Shown here one piece after another: positions 47,355 to 59,457 of a DNA stretch of 64,000 nt. Each line of letters starts with the position of its first letter. Positions within the stretch are counted from its first letter, which is position 1. The translations under genes and the position numbers were made by a program. The notes under the pieces are model-generated. The model was not told the DNA's origin and did not search any database. It was given only the letters and a program-made list of their open reading frames with translations. Source of the DNA: an uncultured Actinomycetota bacterium (GTDB lineage: Bacteria > Actinomycetota > Actinomycetes > JACCUZ01); assembly GCA_963794995.1 (NCBI GenBank), contig CAWCFV010000002.1:1332215-1396214 (forward strand), written 5' to 3'.

Positions 47355-49883
47355 TCAGGTGCGCGCGACCGCCACGACCGGCGGCTGCCCGCTGATCTCG
47401 TAGCGGCCGCGACCCCGAGCCTTGGCCCGGTACATCGCGGCGTCCGCCTCACGCAGCAGGGAGCGGGCGTCGGCGTCCGGGCCGGCGACCGCCAGCCCGA
47501 TGCTCGCGCCCAGCCGCAGCTCGGTGCCGGCGACGAGCATCGGCTGGTCCAGCACGGCCTGGACGCGGTCGGCAAGGGTGCGCTCGGCCTCGGCCCCCGG
47601 CGTCTGCTCGGCGACCACGACGAACTCGTCGCCCCCCAGCCGCGCCACGGTGTCGCCGGGGCGGACAGCAGCCCGCAGCCGGTCCGCGACCATGACGAGG
47701 ACGAGGTCGCCGGTCTCGTGGCCGTGCGAGTCGTTGACCGTCTTGAAGTGGTCGAGGTCGCAGAACATCACCAGGGTGCGGGTACCCGTCCGCGCCGATC
47801 GGGCGAGGGCGTGCGAGAGCCGGTCCATGAGCAGGTCCCGGTTGGCGAGACCGGTCAGGTGGTCGTGGAGGGCCTGGTGCTCGAGCTTCTGCTGCGCGGC
47901 CCGGGCCGCCGTGATGTCCTGCACCTGTGCGACGTAGTACGCCGGCGCGTCCTCCACGTCACGCGCCATGGACACCGCGAGGAGGACCCACAGCACCTCG
48001 CCGTCCCTGCGGACGAACCGCTTCTCCACGGTGTAGTGGTCGAGGGCTCCGCCGGTCAGCAGCGTGAGCTTGTCGAGGTCGGACTCGACGTCGTCCGGGT
48101 GGGTGATCTTGCCGAAGGTCTCCCCGAGCAGCGCGTCCTCGTCGTAGCCGACCAGCCGGCAGAGCGCGTGGTTGACCTCCATGAACCCGCCGTCCAGCGC
48201 GACCAGCGCCATGCCCACCGGGGCGTGCTCCATCGCGGAACGGAACTGCTCCTCGCTGCGCGCGAGGGCCCGGGAAGCCGCACGGGCCTGGGTGACGTCG
48301 GCGAAGGTCGTGACCGCGCCGGTGACGACGGGCAGCCCGGTCGGCCCGGTGTCGACCAGCGGTTCGGCGTTGACCTCGAGCCAGGTGAGTGTGCCGCTCG
48401 CACCCCGGATGCCCACCGTGGTCCCGCGCACCGGCTGCCCCGTGGCCAGAGCACGCTGACCAGGCAGGTCCGTCTCGCCCAGCACCCGGCCGTCCTCCCC
48501 CACGATGTCGCCGACGGGGGCCAACCCGCGCGACCCGACGAGTGCCTCGCTTCCGACACCGAGCACCCGCTCGGCCGCCTGGTTCACCGTGCGCACCACG
48601 CCCTCGGCGTCCTGCAGCATGACCCCTTCGGCCATGCTCGCGACCACCGACCGGTAGTGCCGTTCGGAGGTCCGCAGCCGGCTGGCTGCCTCGACCTGCT
48701 CGGTCACGTCCGTCACGCTGCCCAGCCAACGGCTGGCACGGCCGTCGCTGGTCCGCAGCGCCGTCGTGGTCGTGTCGACCCAGCGCACCGTCCCGTCGTC
48801 GCGCAGGTAGCGGTACCGGCCCGAGTACGGCTCGTCCCGCTCGACCGCGGCGGCCCACTCCGCCGCCACCCGGTCGCGGTCGTCGGGGTGGAGGACGGCC
48901 TGCCAGTCGGCGCCGGCGACCTCCTCGGCGCCGGTCAGCTCGCGCCAGCGTCGGTTGACGTAGGTGCGTCGGCCGTCGGCGTCGGTCTCGAAGATGCCGA
49001 CCGGGGTGCTCTCGAGCAGGTGCTGCAGGCGCTCACGGTCGGCGACGGTCGCCCGGTGCCGGTCGGTGCGCTGCGCGACCCGTGCCCCGAAGACGACGGC
49101 ACCGACCGCTCCGGCCGTGAGCACCAGGACCATCAGGCTCTGGCCGTACGCCCGGTCGAACAACCCGGCCTTCTCGCCACGGACGACCAGCAGGCCGACG
49201 GCCATCGGGACGACCAGGGCCCACAGCAGGCTGCCGCGGAGCAGCGCGCCCCCGGCGCCGCCCACCCGGACGGCACGTGAGGCCGGCAGCTCCGGCCGCT
49301 CCAGCAGGACGGCTACCGAGCAGGCGAGGGCGGCGAGCACCGTCGGAACCGTCATCTCGACGGCCGTCTGCAGCGTGGAGAGCGCCTCGGCGCCGTAGAG
49401 GTGACCGACGAGGCTGGTGAAGGCCAGCGCGAAGGCCACCACCCCGAGGACGGACGCGACCCCTGGCCGGAACCGTCCCAGGTACGAGGCCGCGACGAGC
49501 GCGAGCACCGCGATCGAGGACGAGATGGCCATCTGACCTGTGGAGGCGTAGCGCTCCCAGTCCGACCGGAACAGCACGTCGGCCGAGAGCAGGGGGTGCC
49601 CGGAGGTCGAGGACACCAGGCCCTCGAGCCCGATCAGGCCGGCGCCGGCGAGCAGCGCCGAGCGGGCCCACGGCCGGACCCGGAAGCCCAGTGAGGCGCC
49701 CAGCAGGAGGAACGCCGCGGCCGTGGTCGGCTTGGTGGGCGACGCCCCCACGGCCAGCCCGGGCAGTGCCCCCGGCGCCACGAGCCACAGCCCGAGCACG
49801 ATCGTCTCGGCGACCACGAGCAGGCGGCCGAGCACCACGGAGAGGCGGCTGAACCGGTCGATGCTCACGCCACCCTCCTCCAC
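47355..49883 (-). CDS. Membrane sensor diguanylate cyclase (multi-TM N-domain, three PAS/PAC domains, GGDEF)
   Basis: N-terminal ~300-aa hydrophobic domain, then PAS repeats ([23 protein letters not shown]… and others). C-terminal GGDEF has [10 protein letters not shown] with a plausible I-site RxxD. 842 aa. Confidence 0.85.
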   Translation of the reverse strand: MEEGGVSIDRFSRLSVVLGRLLVVAETIVLGLWLVAPGALPGLAVGASPTKPTTAAAFLLLGASLGFRVRPWARSALLAGAGLIGLEGLVSSTSGHPLLSADVLFRSDWERYASTGQMAISSSIAVLALVAASYLGRFRPGVASVLGVVAFALAFTSLVGHLYGAEALSTLQTAVEMTVPTVLAALACSVAVLLERPELPASRAVRVGGAGGALLRGSLLWALVVPMAVGLLVVRGEKAGLFDRAYGQSLMVLVLTAGAVGAVVFGARVAQRTDRHRATVADRERLQHLLESTPVGIFETDADGRRTYVNRRWRELTGAEEVAGADWQAVLHPDDRDRVAAEWAAAVERDEPYSGRYRYLRDDGTVRWVDTTTTALRTSDGRASRWLGSVTDVTEQVEAASRLRTSERHYRSVVASMAEGVMLQDAEGVVRTVNQAAERVLGVGSEALVGSRGLAPVGDIVGEDGRVLGETDLPGQRALATGQPVRGTTVGIRGASGTLTWLEVNAEPLVDTGPTGLPVVTGAVTTFADVTQARAASRALARSEEQFRSAMEHAPVGMALVALDGGFMEVNHALCRLVGYDEDALLGETFGKITHPDDVESDLDKLTLLTGGALDHYTVEKRFVRRDGEVLWVLLAVSMARDVEDAPAYYVAQVQDITAARAAQQKLEHQALHDHLTGLANRDLLMDRLSHALARSARTGTRTLVMFCDLDHFKTVNDSHGHETGDLVLVMVADRLRAAVRPGDTVARLGGDEFVVVAEQTPGAEAERTLADRVQAVLDQPMLVAGTELRLGASIGLAVAGPDADARSLLREADAAMYRAKARGRGRYEISGQPPVVAVART

Positions 49884-49993
49884 GGCTCGCCGACGACCTC
49901 CCTGGTCGTGTCGGCAGCGCCGGCCCGAGGGAGCAGGGTCACCCGGACGCCTTGACCCAGTCTTTGCCCGGCGACCGGACCAGTGGTGGGGCC

Positions 49994-51577
49994 TCAGTGG
50001 GCGAAGTGCCGGACCCCGGTGAGGTAGAGGGCCGCGCCGGCCGCCGCGGCGGCCGCGACGACCTCGTCGTCGCGCACCGAGCCACCCGGCTGCACCACCG
50101 CCCGCACCCCGGCGTCGAGCAGCACCTGCAACCCGTCGGCGAAGGGGAAGAAGGCGTCCGACGCCGCCACCGCGCCGACCGACCGCTCGCCGGCCCGGGC
50201 CACGGCCAGCCGCGCCGAGTCGACCCGGTTGACCTGTCCCATGCCCACGCCGACGGTCGCGCCGCCGCTCGCCAGCAGGATCGCGTTGGACCTGACCGCC
50301 CGGCAGGCCCGCCAGGCGAACGACAGGTCCGCCAGCGTCTCGTCGTCCACCGGCTCACCGGTCGCGAGCGTCCAGGCCTTCGGGTCGTCACCGTCGGCGT
50401 CGACCTGGTCGCGGGTCTGCACGAGCACCCCGCCGGACACCTGACGCAGCTCGAGGTCGTCACGCCGGTAGCCGTCGGGCAGCTCGACGAGGCGCACGTT
50501 CTTCTTGCGGCTGAGCAGGGCGAACGCGTCGCCGTCGAACGCCGGGGCCACCACGACCTCGGTGAAGACCTCGGCGACCTGCTCTGCCATGGCCAGGGTG
50601 ACGGGCCGGTTGGTCGCGATGACACCGCCGAAGGCGGACACCGGGTCGCAGGCGTGCGCCCGCCGGTGCGCCTCGGCGACGTCGGCACCCACGGCGATGC
50701 CGCAGGGGTTGGCGTGCTTGATGATGGCCACTGCCGGCGCGGCGAAGTCGAAGGCGGTGCGCAGGGCGGCGTCGGCGTCGACGTAGTTGTTGTAGGACAT
50801 GGCCTTGCCGTGCAGCACGGTGCCCTGGGCGATGCCGGGGGCCGCCTCGAGGTCGACGTAGAGCGCGCCCCGCTGGTGGGGGTTCTCGCCGTACCGCAGG
50901 ACGTCGGCGCGCTCCAGGGCGAGCCCGGCGTACGCCGGCCACCACGCGTCGTCGGCCGCGAGCTCGCGCGCGCACCACTGCGCGACGGCCGTGTCGTAGG
51001 CAGCCGTGTGCGCGAACGCGCGCGCCGCGAGCCGACGCCGGGCGGCCAGGTCGAAGCCACCCGCCCGGACCGCGTCGAGGACGTCGCCGTACACCGAGGG
51101 GTCGACGACGACCGCGACGCTGGGGTGGTTCTTCGCCGCGGCGCGCACCATCGACGGCCCGCCGATGTCGATCTGCTCGACGACGTCGTCGCTGCCGGCG
51201 CCGGAGGCGACGGTCTCCCGGAACGGGTAGAGGTTGCACACCACGAGGTCGAACGCCTCGATGCCGAGGTCGTCGAGCTGGCGGACGTGCTCGGGCAGCC
51301 GCCGGTCGGCCAGGATGCCCGCGTGCACCGTGGGGTGCAGGGTCTTGACCCGCCCGTCCAGGCACTCGGGAAATCCGGTGACGTCCTCGACCGGGGTCAC
51401 CGGCACCCCGACGGCCGCGATGCGGGCGGCGGTGGAGCCGGTCGACACCAGCACGACGCCGGCCTCGTGCAGGCCGCGGGCGAGGTCCTCGAGACCGTCC
51501 TTGTCGTAGACGCTGAGCAGTGCCCGGCGTACCTGGACGACGTCGCCCACCGTCCGGCTCGTCTCGGGGTCCCTCAC
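49994..51577 (-). CDS. purH: Bifunctional AICAR transformylase / IMP cyclohydrolase
   Basis: N-terminus [13 protein letters not shown] matches the MGS-like IMPCH domain. The C-terminal AICARFT domain is present. 527 aa. Confidence 0.9.
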   Translation of the reverse strand: MRDPETSRTVGDVVQVRRALLSVYDKDGLEDLARGLHEAGVVLVSTGSTAARIAAVGVPVTPVEDVTGFPECLDGRVKTLHPTVHAGILADRRLPEHVRQLDDLGIEAFDLVVCNLYPFRETVASGAGSDDVVEQIDIGGPSMVRAAAKNHPSVAVVVDPSVYGDVLDAVRAGGFDLAARRRLAARAFAHTAAYDTAVAQWCARELAADDAWWPAYAGLALERADVLRYGENPHQRGALYVDLEAAPGIAQGTVLHGKAMSYNNYVDADAALRTAFDFAAPAVAIIKHANPCGIAVGADVAEAHRRAHACDPVSAFGGVIATNRPVTLAMAEQVAEVFTEVVVAPAFDGDAFALLSRKKNVRLVELPDGYRRDDLELRQVSGGVLVQTRDQVDADGDDPKAWTLATGEPVDDETLADLSFAWRACRAVRSNAILLASGGATVGVGMGQVNRVDSARLAVARAGERSVGAVAASDAFFPFADGLQVLLDAGVRAVVQPGGSVRDDEVVAAAAAAGAALYLTGVRHFAH

Positions 51578-52194
51578 GGCACGGTGACCTTTCTCCCGGT
51601 GACCGTCCAGCCCTCACGGGCCATCCGGCCGACGACGTCGACGAGCATGAGCCGCTCCTCGACCTTGATCCGCTCGTGCAACGACTGCTCGTCGTCGTCG
51701 TCGTGGACGGGCACGGCCCGCTGGGCGACGATCGCCCCGGAGTCGATGCCGGAGTCGACCACGAACAGCGTCGCGCCCGACACCTTCACGCCGTACGCCA
51801 GCGCGTCGCGCGGGCCGTGCATGCCGGGGAAGGACGGCAGCAGCGCGGGGTGGCTGTTGACGACGCGGCCCGCGAACCGGGCGAGGAACACCGGACCGAG
51901 CAGCCGCATGAACCCGGCCGACACCACGAGGTCGGGCTGGTGGGCGGCGACGACCTCGGTGAGCGCGGCGTCCCACCCGGCGCGGTCGGGGTGGTCCGGC
52001 ACCGCGCAGACGAACGTCGCGACCCCCGCCGCCGACGCACGGGCGAGCGCGCCGGCGTCGGCCCGGTCGGTCCCCACGGCGACGACGTGCGCGCCGTACG
52101 CCGGGTCGGAGGCGGCGTCGAGCAGCGGCTGCAGCGTCGAGCCCGCCCCGGAGGCCAGCACGACGACGCGCGGTCCGGGAGCGTGGCGTGGCAC
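51574..52194 (-). CDS. purN: Phosphoribosylglycinamide formyltransferase
   Basis: Motifs [10 protein letters not shown] and [10 protein letters not shown]. 4-bp overlap with purH. Confidence 0.88.
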   Translation of the reverse strand: MPRHAPGPRVVVLASGAGSTLQPLLDAASDPAYGAHVVAVGTDRADAGALARASAAGVATFVCAVPDHPDRAGWDAALTEVVAAHQPDLVVSAGFMRLLGPVFLARFAGRVVNSHPALLPSFPGMHGPRDALAYGVKVSGATLFVVDSGIDSGAIVAQRAVPVHDDDDEQSLHERIKVEERLMLVDVVGRMAREGWTVTGRKVTVP

Positions 52195-52215
52195 GCGCCG
52201 ACCCTAGCGAGGGCG

Positions 52216-53493
52216 TCAGGCCGGCTGGACCGGGTCTCCCGTGCGGCGGGGGCGGTGGGCCAGCACCAGCAGCGTTGCCGCCATGACGAGGCCCACCTCG
52301 GCCCCGGCGAGCGGCGCCACCGCCCACCAGTCCGGCCCGGTCTCGGCCAGCCGTCCCGGCCCTGCCGGGCCGGAGGCGAACAGCGCCAGCACCGCGACGG
52401 CGACGGCGACCAGACCGGCCGCCACCGCGCAGACGAGGGCGACGGGCCGCCATCCCGCTCCGGCCGCGGAGCGGACGGCCGGCTGGGACCGGCGCGCCAG
52501 CAGGCCCGCCAGCAGGCCCGCAGCGACCGGGACGGCGAGCATCAGCGGAGCCCAGCCGGGTCCCGGCTCCTGCGGCAGTGCGGCCAGGAGGGGCAGGGCA
52601 GGGACCGCGCCGAGGTCCACGCCGAACGGCGTCACCGAGGTCCCGGCACCGACGGCGAAGCCCATCCCCACGACGTAGGCCGTGCCCCAGACGACGGCCG
52701 TGGGCACGTAGAGCAGGCAGACCAGCCCGAGCAGGACACCGCCGGCGATCCCGCCGTCGAGCCCGTCGACGAGCAGCACCGCCTGGTCGCGGTGCAGGGC
52801 GAGCGAGGCGCCGGTGAGCAGGGCGCCGCCCGCCAGCAGGGTGGCGACCGCCCCGGTGGCGGCCGGGAGCGCGGCCCGGACCAGTGGTGGCATCCGCCGG
52901 GTCAGGCCGGACCAGGTGCCGGTGGCGCGGATCGCTCCGCTGCCCGAGCCGAGCGCCGCGACCCCGGCGGCTCCGACGAAGGCGCTGACGGGGAGAGCCT
53001 GGACCTCGTCGGTGCGCGCGAGCAGCGCGACGAAGGTGGCGAGCACGGCGTACGTGGCGGTCGCGGAGGAGGCCAGCGCGACGACCGCGGTGCGCCCCCG
53101 GACCCCCGCCGCCCGGCCGGCCCGCACCGTGGCGGCGTGCAGCAGCCCGACGGGCAGCGCGGTGAGACCCAGGGGCACCAGGGCGAACTGGCCGCCGGGC
53201 ACCGACAGGTGCGCCTGGTGACCGACCAGCCAGGCCATCAGCGCGGTCGCGGCGGCGTCGGCCGCGTCCGCGCCGCTGTCGGCGGCCGTCGCCCAGGCGA
53301 CCAGCACGACCACCATCACGGCGAGCACGCCGAGCGCGGCGGCCCGCAGCGCGGCGAGGACGCCGGCGGCGGTGACCGAGCGGGTGGTCGGCGGCGGTTG
53401 CGCCGCCGCACGCCGGACCCGCGCTCCCGCGACCGGCCCGGACGGGCGGGGCGGGCGGGACGGGCGGGACAGGAGCGCGGTCATCACCCCCAT
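52216..53493 (-). CDS. PerM-like polytopic integral membrane protein (DUF6350; homolog position of Mtb Rv0955)
   Basis: About 10 predicted TM helices rich in A/L/V/G. Located immediately upstream of purN–purH as in mycobacteria. The start is ambiguous (ATG 53493 or ATG 53484). Confidence 0.65.
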   Translation of the reverse strand: MGVMTALLSRPSRPPRPSGPVAGARVRRAAAQPPPTTRSVTAAGVLAALRAAALGVLAVMVVVLVAWATAADSGADAADAAATALMAWLVGHQAHLSVPGGQFALVPLGLTALPVGLLHAATVRAGRAAGVRGRTAVVALASSATATYAVLATFVALLARTDEVQALPVSAFVGAAGVAALGSGSGAIRATGTWSGLTRRMPPLVRAALPAATGAVATLLAGGALLTGASLALHRDQAVLLVDGLDGGIAGGVLLGLVCLLYVPTAVVWGTAYVVGMGFAVGAGTSVTPFGVDLGAVPALPLLAALPQEPGPGWAPLMLAVPVAAGLLAGLLARRSQPAVRSAAGAGWRPVALVCAVAAGLVAVAVAVLALFASGPAGPGRLAETGPDWWAVAPLAGAEVGLVMAATLLVLAHRPRRTGDPVQPA

Positions 53494-53658
53494 CGTCGCC
53501 GCTGGCGCCGGTCCGGCCCCGGACCTCCGCCACCCTCGGCGGGTCGCCCCGAGGAGAAACCCGCGGCCCGCGTGCAACCTGCCACAGTGGACGCGGGTGA
53601 TCTCTTCTGACAGCGCGCCGGGAGCCGGCGGGCTCCGTGAGGCGGAGGGAGTGACGCC

Positions 53659-54162
53659 ATGAGGGACTCGACCGGGTTCGACGCCTTCTACGCGGCCACC
53701 CACCGGCGCGTGACGCACCAGATGTATGCGATGACGAGCAACCTCGCCGACGCGCAGGAGCTCACCCAGGAGGCGTACGCCCGGGCCTGGCAGCGCTGGT
53801 CGACCGTCGAGACCTACGACGACCCCGAGGCGTGGGTGCGCACCGTCGCCTGGCGGCTGGCCGCCAGCCGCTGGCGCAAGACGAAGAACGGCGTGGCCGC
53901 GATGCTGCGCCACGGGCCGCCCGAGCACACACCCGAGCCGAGCATCGACAACGTCGCCCTCGTCGCCGCCCTCCGCCAGATCCCCGAGGCCCAGCGACGG
54001 GCCATCGTCCTGCACCACCTGGCCGGCCTCTCGGTCGCCGAGGTGGCCCACGAGACGGGAAGTCCCGAGGGCACGGTCAAGGCGCGCCTCTCGCGCGGCC
54101 GGGCCGCCCTCGCCGACCTGCTCGCCGACAACTCGCTCACGGAGGTGAGCCCCCATGCCTGA
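53659..54162 (+). CDS. ECF (group IV) RNA polymerase sigma factor
   Basis: Region 2 (DAQELTQEAYARAWQRW) and region 4 HTH (LSVAEVAHETGSPEGTVKARLSRGR). A GGAGGGAG box lies upstream of the ATG. Confidence 0.85.
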   Translation: MRDSTGFDAFYAATHRRVTHQMYAMTSNLADAQELTQEAYARAWQRWSTVETYDDPEAWVRTVAWRLAASRWRKTKNGVAAMLRHGPPEHTPEPSIDNVALVAALRQIPEAQRRAIVLHHLAGLSVAEVAHETGSPEGTVKARLSRGRAALADLLADNSLTEVSPHA

Positions 54163-54955
54163 CCAGGACTCCCGCGACAGGCTGACCCTGACCCTGGACG
54201 CGCTGCGCTCGGACGTCGAGCGCACCCCGCTGGCCGACTCGCTGACGGTGCGCCGCCGCGGCGACCAGCGGACCCGCCGGCAGGCGGTCGGCGGCGCGCT
54301 CGCCGCGGTCGCCGTGGTGGCCGGCGCCGCCGGCATCATCGGCAGCACCGGCAGCATCGACCGGGCCGACGCCCCTCCGGCGACCACCGGCCCCACGGCC
54401 ACCACGCAGGTCGAGCAGCCGTTGGCGCTGGCCGCCGAGCCGCTGCTCACGCCGGACGACCTCGGCGCCGTCGGCCCGTACGACGGCTGGCAGGTGAACC
54501 CCGACCCGGTGTCCTCCGAGGGGCTGCCCTCACGCTGCGTGCCCGAGCTGGGAACGCTCGGCGCCGCCGAGACGCAGTCCCGCCTCCTGTACGGCGAGCT
54601 CGATGCCGGCGCCGTCGAGCACGTGCTGCGCTTCGCGAGCGCGTCGGCGGCGGCCTCGGCGGTCGAGACGCTGACCGGCGCGTTCGCCGCCTGCGACCCG
54701 GGTGACCCGTCGGTCGAGACCGTGGTCGACCGCGGCCCGGTCCCCGTGCCAGGCACCTCCGCGGACGAGGCGACCCACGCGTCCCGGACCGGCACGCCGG
54801 TGCTGGCGTCGGAGGTCAGCTTCTACGAGCTCGGGGTCGCCCGCGAGGTCAACGTGGTGGTCGTCCTGCAGTGGCGGTCCAGCCCGCTGGCCGAGGTCGA
54901 CTGGGTATGGGACGAGGCCCGGCTGCAGGCCGCGCTCGACCGCGCGGTCGGCTGA
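54155..54955 (+). CDS. Putative anti-sigma factor (single-pass membrane protein) coupled to the ECF sigma
   Basis: Overlaps the sigma factor stop by 8 nt. Cytoplasmic N-terminus, single TM segment (AVGGALAAVAVVAGAAGIIG), then an extracytoplasmic domain. Confidence 0.6.
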   Translation: MPDQDSRDRLTLTLDALRSDVERTPLADSLTVRRRGDQRTRRQAVGGALAAVAVVAGAAGIIGSTGSIDRADAPPATTGPTATTQVEQPLALAAEPLLTPDDLGAVGPYDGWQVNPDPVSSEGLPSRCVPELGTLGAAETQSRLLYGELDAGAVEHVLRFASASAAASAVETLTGAFAACDPGDPSVETVVDRGPVPVPGTSADEATHASRTGTPVLASEVSFYELGVAREVNVVVVLQWRSSPLAEVDWVWDEARLQAALDRAVG

Positions 54956-55051
54956 CCCATCACCCCGCACCCCGCACCCGACCCCGCAACCCCGCAACTT
55001 GTCAGCCCCTGGCGCCGCTATCGCGGCGCCAGGGGCTGACACGTGCGGGGG

Positions 55052-55936
55052 CTAGCGGGAGGTCATCAGCTCGCGCATGAGGCGCGCGGTCTCCGACGGC
55101 GTCCGGCCGACCTTGACCCCGACGGCCTCGAGGGCGTCCTGCTTGGCCTGGGCGGTGCCCGACGAGCCGGACACGATCGCGCCGGCGTGGCCCATCGTCT
55201 TGCCCTCGGGGGCGGTGAAGCCCGCCACGTAGCCGACGACCGGCTTGGTGACGTGGTCCTTGATGTACGCGGCCGCGCGCTCCTCGGCGTCGCCGCCGAT
55301 CTCACCGATCATGACGATCGCGTCGGTCTCGGGGTCGGCCTCGAAGGCCTCGAGGCAGTCGATGTGCGTCGTGCCGATGACGGGGTCGCCGCCGATGCCG
55401 ACGCAGGTCGAGAAGCCGATGTCGCGCAGCTCGTACATCATCTGGTAGGTCAGCGTGCCGGACTTCGACACCAGCCCGATGCGGCCGGCCTGGGTGATGT
55501 CGGCCGGGATGATGCCGGCGTTCGACTTGCCGGGGCTGATCAGGCCGGGGCAGTTCGGGCCGACGATCCGGGTCGTGCCCGCGTTGACGGCGTGCTGGTG
55601 GAACGCCGCCGAGTCGTGCACCGGGATGCCCTCGGTGATGACGACGCAGAGCGGGATCGAGGCGTCGACGGCCTCGATGACGGCGTCCTTGGCGAACGCG
55701 GGCGGGACGAAGACCACCGACACGTCGGCGTCGGTCTCCTTCATGGCCTCCGACACCGTCGCGAAGACCGGCACGGACGTGCCGTCGACGTCGACCGTGG
55801 TGCCGGCCTTGCGCGGGTTCACGCCGCCGACGACCTGGGCGCCCGAGGCGACCATCCGCCGGGTGTGCTTGGTGCCCTCGGACCCGGTGATGCCCTGGAC
55901 GATGATCTTCGAGTTCTCGGTCAGCCAGATGGCCAT
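55052..55936 (-). CDS. sucD: Succinate--CoA ligase [ADP-forming] subunit alpha
   Basis: Motifs [10 protein letters not shown] and SGTLTYQ, with the phosphohistidine loop. 294 aa. Confidence 0.9.
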   Translation of the reverse strand: MAIWLTENSKIIVQGITGSEGTKHTRRMVASGAQVVGGVNPRKAGTTVDVDGTSVPVFATVSEAMKETDADVSVVFVPPAFAKDAVIEAVDASIPLCVVITEGIPVHDSAAFHQHAVNAGTTRIVGPNCPGLISPGKSNAGIIPADITQAGRIGLVSKSGTLTYQMMYELRDIGFSTCVGIGGDPVIGTTHIDCLEAFEADPETDAIVMIGEIGGDAEERAAAYIKDHVTKPVVGYVAGFTAPEGKTMGHAGAIVSGSSGTAQAKQDALEAVGVKVGRTPSETARLMRELMTSR

Positions 55937-55967
55937 GTCAGCTCAGTCCCTGTCTCGTCCGTCGCGC

Positions 55968-57153
55968 TTACTTGGCGGCCAGCTCGGCCGCGCGGGCGGC
56001 GGCGCCGTCCATCGTGTCGGCCTGCTCGAGCAGCGGCAGCTTCGCCTCGGTGAGGATGCGGCGGCCCTCCTCGGCGTTGTTGCCGTCGAGCCGTACGACC
56101 AGCGGGTGGGTGATCTCGTCGCCCCGTTCCTCGAGCAGCGCGAACGCCTGCACGATCCCGTTGGCGACCGCGTCGCACGCGGTGATGCCGCCGAAGACGT
56201 TGACGAACACCGACTTCACGTCCGGGTCGCCGAGGATGATCTCGAGGCCGTCGGCCATCACCTCGGCCGAGGCGCCGCCACCGATGTCGAGGAAGTTCGC
56301 CGGCTTCACGCCGCCGTGCTCCTCGCCGGCGTACGCCACGACGTCCAACGTCGACATGACCAGCCCGGCCCCGTTGCCGATGATGCCGACCGCGCCGTCG
56401 AGCTTGACGTAGTTGAGGTCCTTGGCCTTCGCCTTGGCCTCCAGCGGGTCGGCGGAGAACTCGTCCTCCAGCCCGGGGTGGTCGGTCTGGCGGAAGTCGG
56501 CGTTGCCGTCGAGCGTCACCTTGCCGTCCAGGGCGACGACCCGGCCGTCCCCGGTCTTCACCAGCGGGTTGACCTCGACCAGCGTCGCGTCCTCGGCCAC
56601 GAAGACGCCCCAGAGCTTGACGATCGCGGCGGCGACCTCGTCGAGGATCTCCGCCGGGAAGCCGCCCTGCTCGGCGATGTCACGGGCCTTCACGTCGTCG
56701 ATGCCCTCGAGGGCGTCGACCGCGACCCGGGCCAGCGCCTCGGGCTTCTCGACCGCGAGCTGCTCGATCTCGACGCCGCCCTCGCGGGACGCCATCGCGA
56801 GGTAGGTGCGGTTCGCGCGGTCCAGCAGGACCGAGAAGTAGTACTCCTCGGCGATCTCGGCGGCGGGCGCGATCATCACCCGGTGCACGGTGTGGCCCTT
56901 GATGTCCATGCCGAGGATCTGGGCGGCGACCTGCTCGGCCTCGTCGGCGGAGGAGGCGAGCTTGACGCCGCCGGCCTTCCCGCGGCCACCGACCTTGACC
57001 TGGGCCTTGACGACGACCTTGCCGCCGCCCTCGGGCAGCAGCCGCTCGGCCGCGGCCCGCGCCTCCTCCGGGGTCTCGGCGACGGCGCCGCCCAGCACGG
57101 GGACACCGTGCTTCTCGAAGAGGTCGCGCGCCTGGTACTCGAAGAGGTCCACG
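55968..57153 (-). CDS. sucC: Succinate--CoA ligase [ADP-forming] subunit beta
   Basis: GTG start gives (M)[16 protein letters not shown], with an ATP-grasp domain. GAGGA box 8 nt upstream. The longer ORF in the track is an out-of-family extension. Confidence 0.88.
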
Positions 57154-57354
57154 GGGTCAGTCCTCGCTCTGGCTGCCGGGCAGGGGTGGTCTTTCGCAGT
57201 TCGCTGCGCGCCGCCGACGGGGGCGGGGCGCGACACGCGAGCGTAACCGGAGGGCCCGCGACGCGTTGAACCGGGAGAACCCCGCCCGGTGTCCTGCCGG
57301 GCTCGTTTGTGCGCGTGGGCCAGGGGTAGCCCGTGCTCGGTCGAGGAGGCCCCC

Positions 57355-59457
57355 GTGCGTAGATCGCTACCTGCTGCCGTCACCGCAGCCACCGTCCTGC
57401 TGGCGGGGGCGGGCGCCCTGGCCGGGGCCGTCCCGGCGGCGGCCGCCGGGCCCGGCGTGACCAGGACCCCGGTCCAGCTCACCGTGCTGGTCGGCCCGGC
57501 CGGCACGACGTCCTGCCTGGTCGACGCCGACCTCTGGGTCCCTGACGGGGCCACGGCCGCGTCGCCGGCGCCCGCCGTCCTGACGACCAACGGCTTCGGC
57601 GGCTCGAAGGACGACCAGGCCGGCGCCGCGAGGGCGCTGGCACGTGAGGGCTACCTGACCCTCTCCTACACCGGCCTCGGCTTCCCCGACAGCGGCTGCA
57701 AGATCGCGCTGGACGACCCCGACCAGGACGGCAGGGCGGCGTCGCAGCTGGTCGACTACCTGGCCGGCACCAAGGCGGACAACTCCGGCCGGGTCCTCGA
57801 CATGGTGGCGAAGAACGCCCCGGGTGACCCCCGGGTCGGCATGATCGGCGGCTCGTACGGCGGCCAGGTGCAGTTCGCGGCGGCATCGCTCGACCCGCGC
57901 ATCGACGCCCTGATCCCGATCATCACCTGGAACGACCTCGCCTACTCGCTGGCACCCAACAACACGAGCATCGGCGACACCGTCAGCTACCGGACTCCGG
58001 GCGTGCACAAGAAGGAGTGGACGTCGCTGTTCTTCTCGATCGGGATCGCCGACGGCATCCAGGGGGCCGGCGTGGACCCGACCCGGCTCGCCGGGTGCCC
58101 CAACTTCGTCGACGAGGCCTGCGTCGCCAAGGCCCAGCTCGAGGCCCTCGGGTACCCGACCGCCTCGACCACGAGCTTCGCCCGGCACGCGTCGGTGTCG
58201 TCGTACCTGTCGACGGTGAAGGCGCCCACCCTGCTCGTCCAGGGGCAGAAGGACACCCTGTTCAACCTGCAGGAGTCAGCAGCCACCTACCGCGGGCTGC
58301 AGGCCCAGGGCACTCCGGTGCAGCTGGTCTGGCAGTCCTGGGGCCACAGCCTGGGCGGCGAGCCCGCTCCGGGCGAGCTCGACCTGTCGGGCACGAGCGA
58401 CCTGCGCTCGACCTACCTCGGCGGCCGGTTCCTCGACTGGTTCGACCGCTACGTCAAGGGCGACACCACGGTGGCGACCGGGCCGGAGTTCTCCTACTTC
58501 CGCGACTGGGTGCGGTACCCGGGCATCGCGACCCCGGCCTACGCCGGCTCGTCGACCTTCCCCGTCGGGCGTCCCCAGAAGCTCTACCTGTCGGGGGGCA
58601 AGGACCTCGTGCGCCGGGCCCGGGACGTCCGGGCCGGCTCGCAGAGCTGGGCCAACGCTCCCGGCGGTGCCCCGACGAGCTACTCCGAGACGTCGTCGCA
58701 GGGCGGCAAGGACACCGACCCGCTGCCCCCCTCCGACACCCCGGGGACGTTCGGGTCGTGGACCTCGGCGCCGGTCAGCACGGCCACCGTCCTCGTCGGC
58801 TCCCCGACGCTGGACGTGACCCTCACGTCCCCCGCCGCGGCGGCGTCCCAGGCCACCGGCCCCGGCGGACAGCTGGTCGTCTTCGCCAAGATCTACGACG
58901 TGGCGCCCGACGGCACGCAGACGCTGCACCACCGCCTCGTGTCTCCGGTCCGGGTCGCCGACGTGACCAGGCGGGTCCACGTCGTTCTGCCCGGCGTGGT
59001 GCAGCGCATCGCCGCCGGCCACCGCCTGCGACTGGTTCTCGCGGCCAGCGACGCGGCCTACGCCGGCAACACGGCCGTCCTGCCGGTCACCGTCGCCGCC
59101 GACCCCGCCTCCCCGGACGTGCTGACCCTGCCGCTGGTGTCCGGCTCCGGCCCGGCCACGACCGCGACGACGTCGCCGGGTGCGACCAGCAAGCCGACGA
59201 AGGGCGGCACCGGCGGGTCCGGCGGCACCGGCAGCACCGGCGGGGCGGACGGCGGGGACGGCGCCGTCCCGTCGGGTGGCGCCGGCCGGGGCGCTCCGGC
59301 TGATGACGCCGCGGTGCTCGCCTCGACGCTGCCGCGCACCGGCGCCGGCTCCGGTGCCTCCCCGGCGACCGCGCTGCTGGCGCTGGGGCTGCTCGGTCTC
59401 GGCGCCGTCCTGCTGCGGCTGGGCCGCGCGCGCCGGGGCCCGGCGCACCCCGGCTAG
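57355..59457 (+). CDS. S15-family X-Pro dipeptidyl-peptidase-like hydrolase (CocE/NonD alpha/beta-hydrolase) with C-terminal LPXTG sortase sorting signal
   Basis: GTG start with GGAGG at 6-nt spacing. Signal peptide [31 protein letters not shown]. Nucleophile elbow is GGSYGG. A G/S/T-rich linker leads to LPRTG, a hydrophobic stretch, then RLGRARRG. Confidence 0.8.
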   Translation: MRRSLPAAVTAATVLLAGAGALAGAVPAAAAGPGVTRTPVQLTVLVGPAGTTSCLVDADLWVPDGATAASPAPAVLTTNGFGGSKDDQAGAARALAREGYLTLSYTGLGFPDSGCKIALDDPDQDGRAASQLVDYLAGTKADNSGRVLDMVAKNAPGDPRVGMIGGSYGGQVQFAAASLDPRIDALIPIITWNDLAYSLAPNNTSIGDTVSYRTPGVHKKEWTSLFFSIGIADGIQGAGVDPTRLAGCPNFVDEACVAKAQLEALGYPTASTTSFARHASVSSYLSTVKAPTLLVQGQKDTLFNLQESAATYRGLQAQGTPVQLVWQSWGHSLGGEPAPGELDLSGTSDLRSTYLGGRFLDWFDRYVKGDTTVATGPEFSYFRDWVRYPGIATPAYAGSSTFPVGRPQKLYLSGGKDLVRRARDVRAGSQSWANAPGGAPTSYSETSSQGGKDTDPLPPSDTPGTFGSWTSAPVSTATVLVGSPTLDVTLTSPAAAASQATGPGGQLVVFAKIYDVAPDGTQTLHHRLVSPVRVADVTRRVHVVLPGVVQRIAAGHRLRLVLAASDAAYAGNTAVLPVTVAADPASPDVLTLPLVSGSGPATTATTSPGATSKPTKGGTGGSGGTGSTGGADGGDGAVPSGGAGRGAPADDAAVLASTLPRTGAGSGASPATALLALGLLGLGAVLLRLGRARRGPAHPG

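Noticed and set aside
52216-54795. 859-aa minus-strand ORF spanning perM plus upstream
   Set aside because: Only the C-terminal 426 codons are membrane-protein-like. The upstream half is antisense to the ECF sigma/anti-sigma genes and is low-complexity.
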